Position numbers and translations under genes: made by a program
Notes under the pieces: generated by a model
The model's input: the letters and a program-made list of their open reading frames with translations, nothing else
The model's database searches: none
Told to the model about the DNA's origin: nothing
Part shown: piece by piece, positions 25,849-38,299 of the stretch
Position numbering within the stretch: position 1 is the first letter of the stretch
How the letters are laid out: each line of letters opens with the position of its first letter
Assembly: GCA_030264375.1 (NCBI GenBank)
Contig: JASCQW010000027.1
Location: forward strand, 80,674,182 to 80,738,181
Length of the DNA stretch: 64,000 nucleotides
From: Carcharhinus longimanus
Taxonomy: Eukaryota
Direction of reading: 5' to 3'

Positions 25849-25958
25849 TGATGTGGATAATGAACTGATCACCTGATGAAGGAACCTCAGACTCCAAAAG
25901 CTAGTGCTGCCAAATAAACCTGTTGGACTTTAACCTGGTGTTGTGAGACTTCTTACTG
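25849..25958 (+). mobile_element. 110-bp PLE-derived insertion carrying a hammerhead motif (family B)
   Basis: 12-bp TSD TCTCTGTAATCA (25837-25848) and TCCCTGTAATCA (25959-25970). CAC-CTGATGA-A-GGAAC..CTCC-AAAA-GCTA-GTG at 25870-25906. Tail shared with 34575-34620. Confidence 0.75.
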
Positions 25959-26789
25959 TCCCTGTAATCAAACAGTTTAGAATGCGAGTTCTAACTGGCT
26001 TTTGTTACAGGTATCTGACCCTCCTCTTCTTGTTGTTCCCCAGAAGACAAGTCGAGCTTTGTTGGTCTATTTTAAACCCCTTTGCTTTTGCTGTTTCCCA
26101 AAGAACTCATCAAATTCTCCTGGTTGAAGACCAACAACAGATCATGGAAGGAGTGTCAAACAGCCAATGAGCTCTTCCACTAATTCATACCGTTTTCCAG
26201 GGGACAACTTCACAGCGAAATGATCACTTCACGATGTTATTCCCTCTAGAAATTCCTGCTGTCTGTTCTGAATAAATCCATTTTGTCAACAAATGTTGAA
26301 ATATTTGCTCCACGCTTGCAGAGTTTCATCTGCTCAAAGCCATAAAGAGAAAAGTCAGCAATTTGGGGAAATGAGTCTTGATGCACAACAGTGAATTGCT
26401 TTATTTCACAGTATGATAAATGCACACACTGGCAGCTACGACTGGACTTAACTGATTCAAGCTGTAGAATCTTGTCTTTGCATAATGATACATATTAAAG
26501 AGAATGCCATGCTTCCCCACAAGGTTTGTCTTATATGACTTAACTCATTTCCATGGTTCAATCAGCACTCCCATGTGTCATCTCACTAAATGTTCATGCA
26601 GCTTTTGTCTTAAATAATTGAATTCCCTTCTAGCTTCCCTGTTTCCAAAAACCTGTCTCTCAGTGCTCCAGTGGCATTTGCTGTTCACCAACAGAAAACG
26701 GGATCAAATAATTTCCAGTATATTCAGTGTGAGGTAGTTCCCATTTCTGAGGCAGTTTAATGAATTTCTCAGACCCATTTGTAAATTTG

Positions 26790-27012
26790 GATAAAAGCAA
26801 ATTACTGCAGATGCTGGAATCTGAAATCCAAAGAAAAAATGCTGGAAAATCTCAGCAGGTCTGGCAGCATCTGTAAGGAGAGCAAAGCGCTGATGTTTCA
26901 AGTCCAGAAGACCCTTCGTCAAAGCTTTGACAGAGGGTCATCTAAACATCAGCTCTTCTCTCTCCTTATAAATGCTGCCAGACCTGCTGAGATTTTCCAG
27001 CATTTTCCCTTC
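26790..27012. mobile_element. Palindromic PLE-derived mini-insertion (family A) with two head-to-head hammerhead copies
   Basis: 12-bp TSD TTTGTAAATTTG (26778-26789) and TTTGTAAAATTG (27013-27024). Inverted arms are centred on AAAGCTTT (26921-26928) and match the PLE 3' end at 44058-44160. Confidence 0.85.
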
Positions 27013-27159
27013 TTTGTAAAATTGCCTGAATACAGGGTTGGAAGCATGGACTGCACAAACTGGGGTCCAAGTTCTGAGGTTCATTTTGCCTAACAGGGAG
27101 CCGAGCATGGTTACGTGCTGCAAATTATGGTACAGTATTTACCATCTTGTTCACGTAAT

Positions 27160-27483
27160 GAATCATAGAATCCTTACAGTGCAGAAGGAGGCCATTTGGC
27201 CCATCGAGTCAGCGCCGACCACAATCCCATACAAGCCCTATTCCCATAACCTCATGCATTTACCCTAGCTAGCTCCCCTGACACTAAAGGGCAATTTAGC
27301 ATGGCCAATCCACCTAACCCACACATCTTTGGACTGTAGAAGGAAACTGGAGCACCCAAAGGAAACCCACACAGACATGGGGAGAACATGCAAATTCCAC
27401 ACAAGCAGTGATCCAAGCCAGGAATCGAACCTGGGTCCCTGGTGCTATGAGGCAGCAGTGCTGACTAATGTGCCACTGTGCCG
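27160..27483 (-). mobile_element. HE1-type V-SINE
   Basis: Complete head, V-domain and GATTCTATGATTC tail on the minus strand. Confidence 0.9.
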
Positions 27484-27760
27484 AATCAGGCATCACTTTG
27501 ATGTGTTTGTTGATATAGGTGATGTAGCTGCCTGGAGTCTCATTAGCCAATGCAAATTGTAGTCTGACAATGGCAATAAGACCCTGACACCGTTTTAAGC
27601 TATCAATGGACAATCTGTACGTCTACATGTTTTGCTGATTGCTATTTAGTTTTGAGCAATNNNNNNNNNNNNNNNNNNNNNNNNNNNNNNNNNNNNNNNN
27701 NNNNNNNNNNNNNNNNNNNNNNNNNNNNNNNNNNNNNNNNNNNNNNNNNNNNNNNNNNNN

Positions 27761-28110
27761 CCAGAGTGAGATAACCAACAACCTGCGACTCAGAAAATTT
27801 AGAAAAATTGCAAACATCGTACAGGCATTCTTGAATCCTTGGTGGAGCCAACGTGCGCGACAGTGGCGACATCTCTCGTGGGGTCTTCTGACTACGCTGC
27901 GACTGTCTAACCATTCGGTTTGAATCGCTAAACCACCCTGCTGCACCGACAGACCCGACCCACCCGCCAAAGAGCCGATTGGCAAAATCCTCCCTTACTT
28001 CGCACCCCGTAGATGCCACGGGAACCAAAGAAATACCACCAGGGGTAAATAGTTCCCCAAAATCACGCCAGGGTGTCTTAAATCGTCCAATTAAAAGGAT
28101 GACATCTCCG
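27761..28110 (-). promoter_or_regulatory. CpG-island-like unique segment; candidate promoter/first exon
   Basis: High CpG retention. Minus-strand GCCAATCGGC CCAAT box (about 27974-27983) and GGCGGGTGGG GC-like box lie upstream of ATGs at about 27872 and 27817. The segment runs into the gap at 27760. Confidence 0.4.
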
Positions 28111-29941
28111 TCTGTAGGAACTTTTAAAATAATAAAAATCATCAAATCCCCAACCCCAATTCTTGAAATGCTGGGACCTTCTCTGGGACTGCCTCCCCAT
28201 TCCATTTTGCAGATTGTCTTTGCTCCACGGTGGAATCATCAAATTTTCAGCATCCCTGCTTGATGTGCTGTTCAAAATACACAAGCAGCGTACTGATGGG
28301 ACCTGATCCTAAAAATCACCCATAAAGGGTTTGGTAGCAAAAGAACTGTGGATTATTCTGGAGGGACTTTCTTTTTTGAGGACATAAAATTAAGAGACTA
28401 CCAAGCCTCAAGCTTAAAAATAATGAAATGCAAGAAAATAAGAATGATATTGCTTGTCAACATAAAATCAGTAAAGTTACACCATTCCAAAAAATGCATA
28501 ATTGACTTTTTATTATCTTGTAAGAACTGATGCTTTCTTATTTGCATTCTGAAAAGCATTATGTGTACAGTGCCTGACTCTGCAATCTGACACATTCTGG
28601 CATTTTTTCTACACATTTTAACCATCCCAATGATTGAGATAGAAAGTATGTGTTTTTTTCTTATTTGTTCATTTCATGTGAATGTGTCATCCCTAATTAT
28701 CTTTGAACTGATGGTGATGAGCCACCTTCTTGAATCACTATGACATAAGTACACCAAAAGTATGTTTATAATACTTAGTTAGAGGGTTTTAGTATGAATG
28801 GTGGTAGGATGGAGAAAATCTCTAGCAAAATCCACTTTACAAATTATAGATCAACTGTAGGGTAGTTTTGGATACTGGCATAAACTTGTTTTTCTCAGGA
28901 TCACACATATGTTAACATAGAAATAGACAACTTTCAATCCTGTAGTTTTCATGAAAGCAATCCTCTCTGGTACATCCTCAAGAACTGTTAATACAACACA
29001 GCAATGCCATCTTCAATGAATAAAAAGTTGAACCTCCAGCAGGTAAACTTAAAAATAATGAAAATTGTGGGTCTGTGAAAATTTAAATTGATTTCTTTTT
29101 TGGATTCTCGCAATTGAAATTTCAAAGAGCTTTCATGCCAGTAATAGAATAATATTGCCAGTGAGGCTTTGATCTACTGAAAGGTTGTCATGGAAGAGAT
29201 TATATGCTGCTGAAAACCTTCCCTGATAACAGATAAAGTCATGTAATATCCAGATTTCCTGCAGCATTTACTGGATGGTTCAAAGCTAGCAGGTTACTCC
29301 ATTAGCTGATGCAAACTGCAGTTGTTAAAATGAAAAAAAAATGTTGTATGCGTCCAATATTTTCAGTCAAGGGTCACTACAAACTTCAACATTAGTCACA
29401 ATAGTTCTAAGCAGTATTGACAAGTATTGTTCATTCAGTACAATTTGTTGTCAGTTCTAATTGTAGTAAAGATGGATTATATTGTTCTATCTTCTACTGT
29501 CGTCATAATTTTTGACTCTAAAGAATTTTGTAGTTTCAAACGTTATTCAGGCAATGACACATAATATCCTTAACTTCTCTATATGATATTCAAAGTATGC
29601 CATCAAAAGACGGATGGAGATTCTGCATCATTTATTATTCTTTTCATGGGATGTTTGCGTCACTGGCAAGGCCAGTACTTGTTGTTCACCCTAATGGCCC
29701 TCGAGGAGATGATGGTTGAGCCACCTTTTTGAGCCACTACAGTCCTTCTGGTGTGCCCAGAGAATTGCAGAAACTAGCTGCAATTATGCGGAACAGTGCA
29801 AAAGACAACAGAATTTTAAACATAATAGAGTTGCCATAACTACATTAAGTTTATATAGAACCATTCACCAAAGTTTCTGAAGCCACAAAATTGGCTTCTA
29901 CAGTACCCAAGAACTGGGATGTACACAAACCCCTGACCACT

Positions 29942-30139
29942 TTAATCATCTATATTTACCGTGATCATCAGTCAATTAAAGTTTAACCATGCTATGTCTC
30001 TCATGTTGCTGCCTTAATTACTTTAAAATACTTAAATTCAATTTAAATTAGTCTAAATTCAGTCAATTAAAGTGAAGCAGGACATATCTACGTGGCTTTA
30101 ATTGATTGCTGGTTGCAGGCTGTTTATACCAAGGGTTAA
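29942..30139. mobile_element. Old palindromic MITE, piggyBac-like ends
   Basis: Right end AAGGGTTAA, left end TTAA-TCATC (degenerate). CAGTCAATTAAAG occurs at 29969 and 30060, and its inverse CTTTAATTGATTG at 30096. Confidence 0.45.
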
Positions 30140-30727
30140 TCAAAGCAGTCAATTGAAACCAATTAAAAAAATAAGGCCAAGCGTGTTAAACCTGTCAGTA
30201 GAAAAATACTTGATATTTAGTTTCTGAATTGCTAACATTACAAAGATCACTAGGTACAAACAAAAAAAGGAAGAATTCCTGATTTCCTGGAATCGCACTC
30301 CTCTTTGTGATGTTAGAGATGGTCCTGTTCCAATCACTGTAATAAATTATGATCAATTATGTTTCTTGATACTATAACTTTTAAAATTGCAAGCAAAGCT
30401 TTCAAAATTGCTGTTAGCTTCAAAATAGGGGGCAATAAATGAGGAAGAATGCTATTAATAGCAGATATAGTCCAATGTAGATGAACATGAAATAATTCGT
30501 TTGCCAGCAATGAACCAAACAAAGGCCATACAGCATGTTACTCAGGAAGAGGATTAACTGGATAAATCTATGAACTCACCACCTGATAAACTGCACCATG
30601 TCTATAAAAAAAATTAAACTCTCAAGTTCATTTCCAAAGACACTGGTCGCAAGAAAATTAGTATTGACCAAGGGGAAATACAGAGACTAAGAACAAAGAT
30701 GTGCCCAAATATCAGGAATTTAAGTCG

Positions 30728-30985
30728 CAGAATCACAGAATTGTTATGGTGCAGATGGAAGTCATTCAGCCCACTGTGTCAGTACTGGCTGTTTGAATGA
30801 GCATTATGACTTAGTGCCATTCTGCAGCCTTTACCACATAACCCTGCACATTCTTTTCTATTCAAATAATTATCGAATCACCTCTTGAATGCCCTGATTG
30901 ATTCTGCCTCCACCAGACTTCCAGAAGTGTGTTCTGGACCTGAACCCCTTGCTGTGAGAATAGATCTCTTCTCACATCACATTTG
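30728..30985 (-). mobile_element. CR1 LINE 3' end
   Basis: CAGAATCACAGAAT tail, CCTCTTGAATGCC..CTGCCTCCACCA; reverse complement of the type at 20700-20935. Confidence 0.7.
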
Positions 30986-33900
30986 CTTTACCTTATGAAC
31001 AGAAGTTTGTAAAAATTGATTTTCTTAAACAATAGGTGGTTGTTAACTTGAAAAACATTTTGGTCAGTGGGGTTTGGTGGGATGGGGGTGGGGGGGTGTG
31101 CGTTGGCACCTAATGTTAAAGGGACGCTGCTGATGGAGGCAAGCACCTACCCCCTTCACCAAATAGGCTATTTTTCCGGCTTCCTCCGTGCTGCCTTTAG
31201 CATGAAAATTGAGGTTGGCTGGGAAACAACCCAGACATGGTAAATAATTGGCAAGGACAGGCATGCCTAGGAATTGCCCCTCCCTGTATAAAACTACTGA
31301 GAGGTCAGGGTGGGCAGGAACACATTGGAAGGCCATCTAAGAAATTTTACATTATAGTTCTGCATAAAAGACTGTAGGCAATGTAAAATTCTGCCCTCTG
31401 TCATGGAGTTCTCCCTTTGGAAGAGGATACAGCCAGAAAATGTTAGCTTTGATGAGGTGAAAGCACCCTCATATTTCCTTGCACACTAATTAGCATGACC
31501 CTCAATGTATCCTTTCTCATCAATCAGCACAGCCTATTTGTGACTATTCTGTTTTCCACTTTAAGATAATTATTTAATCAGTGTCATATTTCCTACAATT
31601 AAATGATATCTTACCTTATCCTTTAATCCCTCATCTGGAACTTTACATGAAAATGTGAATCTAAGCACATAATGCTACTGCATCCATCGAATTATAAAAA
31701 TCATGGCCAAAATATCTGAAATTTTACCTTGGCATCAACTCACTACACCTATTTTGCAATAGGAACAGTTGGAATTTTTCTTCTGCTTTGTTGCCATGGA
31801 ACGTTTGCCTATGACCCAGATTTTATTTTAAATTAGAATCCCTGCACTTCCAAAGTAAGAGTGGTGAGAAGAGAGGTTCGAATGAAAATAGGTGCCATTA
31901 AACACATTTCAGCAGAAGATCATTGCCTCTGTCTCCTTCACTTACAGAGATGGATAGTGTTTGGAAGTTTTCAGCAATGTGGTTACAGGTCTGAATTTGG
32001 ATCATCAGGATTAAAAATTCTGCAGAATAAGTGAGAATTATTTATTTTGTTCTGCATATAGCAAAAATAAAGATGTTAAATCACCCATTCTGTTTTCTTG
32101 CAGTCATTCTGAATTCTCATTTCAGAATATAAATGAGAAAACTGTGCTTTTCACAAATAATCCATATGCACAAGATCTAGGGATAGAATATGAGAGAACG
32201 TCTCTGATTACTTCTTGCTCGTTCTCTAAAAGTCTTTTTTAAATAATTGATAAATCCTGCCAAATGCATACAGGTGATTTGGAATCTTCTTTCCTGAACT
32301 TTGTCTAACATAATAAACTTGATATAATTTCTAACTTAAGTTTCAAATTATTTAGAAGAAGGGGAATGAGAACTATTTCGATAGAAGACAGAATAAATGA
32401 TGCAGGGTAAAAACAATGAATTAAGTTTTACCTGTTATCACAGTTTATTCTGTTAAATATACAGCATTTCGCAATGACCCATAATGTAATATATCATAAT
32501 AGACTAGAAATGTTAACTCCCTTTCTCTCTTCACGGATGCTTCCAGACCTGCTGAGTTATTCCATACTACATCTGGATATGTATCATGGGGCAAGATTCT
32601 GAACCACACCATCAGGCTGAAATGTGGGCCCGAAGTCTGTACTATGTTGGAAACATTTGTAATGTAAGAGTCTGGCACACACATGATTAATGCAGAACTG
32701 CCTACAGTACTGCCTACAGTGACATAAGTGATCTCATGACTCACATCTAGGGGATCAGTCTAGTGTTACTCAGAGCTGTGCGTACAAGCAAGCATGGAAA
32801 TAGCTCCTAGTTTGAACCCTTTATGCTACATATGCATTTTGTCCTTATAGAGGATAAGTACATATCGTTAATCTACTTAAGATGCAAAGATTTCATTAAG
32901 GCCTACCAAGCAATCTTCAGGACCAACACTCTACGACAACAATAACTCAATACAATTTTCCTTGAGATGGTCAGTTAATGAACAGAGGACAGGCTCTTAG
33001 AGATAGGAACATCACTGACAAAGCAGCAATTGTCACCAATCCTTAATTGTCCTCGAGAAGGTGATGGTTGACTGCCAACTTAAACCCTGCAGTCCATATG
33101 GTATAGATGCAACCACAATGCTATTAGGGAGGAAGTGCCAAGATTTTGACCTGGCATCAGTGAAGAAACGGCAATATAGTTCCAAATTAAAATGATTTAT
33201 GACTTGGAGGGGAACCTGTAAGTGGTGGTGTTTCCATATGTTGTTTGCCCTTGTCCTGCTAGATACTAGAGTTCCTGGTTTGGAAGGTGCTTTCAAAGAA
33301 ACCTTGCAGGTTCCTGCACTGCCTCTTCTGGATAGCATGTACATCTGCTATTATATATTACTGGACCGAAAACACTCCCTTGCAGCTGGAGGACCAATCA
33401 GGAGCGGCAGGCTGCATTATTTCATGTGGTTTCAAGAGGTCAAAATAATCATACTGTTTGCACAGATATTTCTCAGATTGTGCATGTGCTGTAGTAAGAT
33501 GCACTGTTCAATAGCATGTGATGGGGCATTCTGGATAAACATGTATGCATACACATAATAATATAGGTCCTATACCTTTGAAAAATGTAACAATAACACA
33601 GGTTGTCATGGAAAGTAAGGAAGGAAGGCAGTCTCCCTTCAGCTTGTTGAAATTTAAATTTTGCAACCAGCTTACATTGCAGAGTTAGGTGATTCCCTCT
33701 ACAAATTCCTAAGGTTACTGCACCATCCAGGTAGATAGGAGGACACTGATCTGTCTGGGGTAACTTCCCCTTCACCACCCCAGTCTCCCAGTGCATCATC
33801 CATAGGCAACTTAATTAGTCCCGGAAACATGGAAGCCAGCTGGAATATCTCTGTCAGACTCTTCAGTTAGTTTTTATTGGCTATTATAGGTTGAATCATC

Positions 33901-34269
33901 TACCTGCACATCCAGGCAGGCAGCCCCACTGACACCTCCCCCCCACCGACCATCCTGTCTCTATAAAAATAACCTGGGATAGGATGGAGCTGCTCAACTG
34001 GTATGCAGGCTGGTGGTGTTATCTTTATAGCCCCAGCACACTTCTCAAATTGATCCCAGTGGGGCCCAGAAGTCACACCTTTAGATTCTTCCAAATTTAT
34101 CTTCCTGCTCAGCACAAACTATTGCCAGTCATGTCTGCTGAAGGGATCTCCACAAGAGTTGGTGATATCAAATGCCAGAAAAGGATGTGTAACATATAAT
34201 AAAGGTCTTTCTGAAGTGAGAGAAACCAAAGTACAGGAAAAGACTATTCAGCACAAAAGAAGTTACAAC

Positions 34270-34850
34270 AAGAGAAGAGGCTAAGAGGAAATTTGATAAA
34301 GGTCAAAATCATGTCGGATTTTGACAGAAAAAAAAGAGAAATTGCTTCCAGTGGCAAGATGTCTATATGTGGATGTGCCGGCGTTGGACTGGCGTAAACA
34401 CAGTAAAAAGTCTGACAACACAAGTTTTTAGTCCAAACTATTTATNNNNNNNNNNNNNNNNNNNNNNNNNNNNNNNNNNNNNNNNNNNNNNNNNNNNNNN
34501 NNNNNNNNNNNNNNNNNNNNNNNNNNNNNNNNNNNNNNNNNNNNNCCTCGAAAGCTTGTGAGTATATTATCAAATAAATAGGTTGGACTAAAACCTGGTG
34601 TTGTCAGACTTTTTACTGTTTTAAGATGTCTATAACCAGGGGTCACAGATTTAAATTGATTGGCAAAGGTACCAGAACCAAATGAGGGAAGAAAAAACAA
34701 TGTAAGCTGTTGTGATCTGGAATTCACTACCTGTAAAGGGGCAGTTTCAATAGTAACTTTCTGAAGGGAAATGGATGAATAATTGATGGGAAAAAATGCA
34801 GAAGTACAGAGAAAGAGCAGCAAAATGGGACAAGCTGGACAGCCCTTTCA
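34270..34850 (+). mobile_element. CR1 3' fragment interrupted by a PLE mini-insertion
   Basis: RRLRGNLIKVKIM.DFDR..KLLP, then after the insert TRGHRFKLIG. Confidence 0.75.
34368..34622. mobile_element. Fold-back PLE-derived insertion (family B), centre in a gap
   Basis: Perfect 12-bp TSD AAGATGTCTATA (34356-34367 and 34623-34634). Inverted arms ACAGTAAAAAGTCTGACAACA and TGTTGTCAGACTTTTTACTGT. Hammerhead 3' half CTC-GAAA-GCTT-GTG at 34547-34560. Confidence 0.85.
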
Positions 34851-34927
34851 AAGTGAGTGGTCACCTGCCTCTTGATTATTTGATTCAAAGAGCTTTTCCT
34901 TTCAAAAACTCCTGCAAAACAACTTAC

Positions 34928-34960
34928 CAAGGACTCAATACCACTTCCTTTATTTTTCTC
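34928..34960 (-). other. Candidate 33-nt cassette exon (phase 0: EKNKGSGIESL)
   Basis: TTCATTTCCTCAG acceptor and G|GTAAGT donor in unique DNA; length divisible by 3. No homolog recognised. Confidence 0.3.
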
Positions 34961-36997
34961 CTGAGGAAATGAATTGTAGTACATTTCTTTGATCCAGAAC
35001 GCTATCTACCTAATCCCTTTTCTTCACTATGATGTGACTATATTTTCATTCTGAAGTAACTCGTTCGAGCCTGGTGTCCCTTTGCCAAATTTAAATTTAT
35101 TTACATAGTATGCAATGCTCAGACAGGTACTTCCTTCTGCAGCGTATAAATTCAGAGTGCCAGGAAGCCTGACACTCCATGTTACGTACATATGCAGGTC
35201 TCTTTCACTGGGCAAGCCATTACTGCCTTAAACTGGGAGCTCGTATTTTAAGATATCCACATCATGGGCCTCATGACAAGGGCAAACTTCCCATTCCTAA
35301 TCACTACTCAGCAGCATTTGTCTTAATTCGTGGTTGTAAATGCAAAACTATGCAACATTTCCATTCAAATATGATGATTCCCCACATTAAAACAGCTATT
35401 GATGCTTTCTCTCAGGCCTCAGACATTAAGAAAATTTCCTAAAATAAGGTAATCCCAAGGTGCCCAGGACATCTTCATGAAAGGGGAGGAAAATTTATTA
35501 AAAAAAAGAAACGGGACTGGGAAATACAGCAGTAGTAAAATACCTTTGTTATTTCAGGGACGTTATGAGATTAAATTGACACTTGAGCAAAGTAATAGTG
35601 ACAGAAGAAATTAATTTCGGCATTACTGACTGACTAATACCTGTATTTGCTCTGACAGGAGAAAGAAAGGTACCAGCTGAACAGAAGGTGATAGCAATGG
35701 TTGCTCTCACAGTGCATGTATTGTATGAAAATCCTCTTAACACCAGCATACATCCTTAAAGCACTTATTCATTACATTTAAATCTCAGAAAGCAGGAGAT
35801 GTCAGCCCACTCTATGAAAGTAATACAGCACCTAAAAATCTTGAGTGGTGCCTTTTTATCATACTGTTTTCCTATTAATAATAGTAGTCACTGTAAAATT
35901 AGCCTCCGATGTGTTAATTCAGGAAGGCATGTATAATGGAATTGAAAATTGGCAATTTCTGAATGCAACCTTCAAAAATGGGGCCCAAACATTAAACCAT
36001 AATTCTCTTTCAAATGCTGACAAATTTCCTGAACATTTGCAGCACTTTGCTCTTTTTGATACTGATCTGCAACTTTGTTAGTTCTAGTTTCCATGTTATA
36101 AACATTCAACAAAAATAACACAAAACAGAAATATGTGTCTTAACACAAAGCTATCGAATTTAGCTGATTATCGATTCCTGGTTCATAAATAAGGGTGAGA
36201 GTAGGATACAATGTAACACTTCAGTTGATGTAAGAGCTAAATCCATTTACAATTCAAATAAAGATTCTTGCATCATGTTGCCATATTGTTGCTAGCAACT
36301 AAGATGCCGTTTTCTATAAATATTTTGGAAATTTCTCTGCAAATAGTATCATTGCTCCCAGTGAAATGTTCCCAAGCAACAAATTGCAAGAAGTACTTTA
36401 GCACTTCATCAAACCCTAGTGAGTAGAAAATTTAGATATGCGAAGTACATAAAATGGTAATTTAAAAAGAAGAATTTGGAACTACATCACCATTTAGATC
36501 AACAAAGCTGCCACATCCCTGAATTTGCACCTTGCAGGGGTCATTGTCTGCTCCATCTTTCCCAACTCATTTCCACTTCCCACTGCAGCCTCACAATCCC
36601 CCATCATCATAAGGATCGAGGTGCTATTTTGCAATGAGTAACAGGGTATTCCTTCCTAAAAAAAAATCACTGTCCTGTAGCTCAGTGTACTGAAATTAGT
36701 TTGCTGTTTACAGGCACAATGTATACATAAGGGGATCAGGGGTTATGGGGAAAAGACAGGAGAATGGGATGAGAAAAATATCAGCCACAATTGAATGGCG
36801 GAGCAAACATGATGGGTTGAGTGGCCTAATTCTGCTCCTGTGTCTTATGGTCTTATTTGTTAATGTCTTTCTTGCATTTGCTTGAAGTCTTTTTCAGTAT
36901 TAGTAACAGCCCCTAACTTTGTATTATCCTTAAGAATTTGATACCTGATTTCAGTAAAGTGGAGAAAGTTCCCTAGATCTGCTAGTGTGGAGGAAGA

Positions 36998-37300
36998 ATG
37001 GCACAGTAGTTAGCACTGCTGTCTCACAGTGCCAAGGACCCAGGTTCGATTCCTGGCTTGGGTCACTGTCTGTGTGGAGTTTGCACATTCTTTCTGTGTC
37101 TGTATGGGTTTCCTCCCAAAGTCCAAGATGTACAGGTTAGGTGGATTGGCCATGCTCAATTACCCCATAGTGTCAGGGGGACTAGCTAGGGTAAATGCAT
37201 GAGGTTATGGGGATAGGGCCTGGGTGGGATTGTGGTTGGTGTAGACTCAATGAGCTGAATGGTCTCCTTCTGCGCTGTAAGATTCGATGACTCTATGACT
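36998..37300 (+). mobile_element. HE1-type V-SINE
   Basis: TGGCACAGTAG..GGTTCGATTCC head, shortened V-domain, CR1-like tail. Confidence 0.88.
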
Positions 37301-37554
37301 CTACAACAACTGAACTGGGATACAGATTATGCAAATAGCTGTATGCTGATAGAGGATTGCAAACTCAAGTACCAGCCCACAATTTATCCAATTTTCAGAA
37401 GCATTGACACATATACATCCTACTTACCAGCTGTCCTGGAGAAAGTGGATACAGTTGGAAATTATTAAATGTTACGACCAGATGTTTGTAAAACTCAGTG
37501 TGAAAGATGAGGTTCTGTTTCACAAACCTGAATTGAGCTTCATTGGAACAGATA

Positions 37555-37645
37555 TAAAAACAGACAATGCTGGAAATACTCAGCAGATCAGGCAGCATTT
37601 GCAGAGAGATAAACGGAGTGAATGTTTCAGGTCTATGATTTTTTC
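37555..37645 (-). mobile_element. Old PLE 3'-tail remnant
   Basis: AATGCTGGAAATACTCAGCAGATCAGGCAGCATTTG..GAGAGA..ATGTTTCAGGTC is related to 26838-26905. Confidence 0.6.
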
Positions 37646-38299
37646 TTAATATCAGAAATGAGGAAAGTCAGAAATGGGGAATGGTTGGATAGCTGCCATC
37701 GGAATGCAAAGCAAAGGGATTAAGAAAGAAACCAGGCTTCCAGATAGACATAAAAATGACTCTGTGGATCATCTCCTGTTATTGAAACTACTTGATAATG
37801 ATTTCCATCTTTTTCAATGGAAATCCAAATCAAGTTGTTTCTTTACCAGGCAGCCAATCCACAAATCTTGTTTGATTCTTGATTCGGAAGATAAAAATCT
37901 ACCCAAAAATAATTATTGACATACACAATAATGCATTGAGACATTTTCTAGAAGGAAAATTGATTTCTAAAGCTTTCATCTACAGATGTAAAGCTGGTGA
38001 GCTGACATCAATCAAACTGAAAGAATCAAAGATGTGGAGAGATCAACTTTAACTCTGTGTGGTCGGTGCGATTATGTCATGCTGCAGGTCTGATGCTTTT
38101 GATAACAATCCAAAATCAATTTAGTTGTTCAGATTTCATTTCCATTTGATCAGCGGCCTCCAAGCACTGCACAAATGCTCAGAGGCAGCCTCATAGTTAT
38201 CTTTCTGACCTTTCTTTCTGTTACATTGATAACTCTATTGATGTTGCATCCTACTCTGACCCCGATCATTAATGTTGTCACAAGGTTCTGGCCAAGTTT

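Noticed and set aside
27642-28205. 187-aa minus-strand ORF
   Set aside because: No recognisable family, runs into a gap, and overlaps promoter-like motifs; not called as CDS.
30149-30336. Possible terminal exon with a hydrophobic, GPI-signal-like C-terminus
   Set aside because: Weak acceptor, T-rich DNA gives hydrophobic residues by chance, and no linked upstream exon was found.
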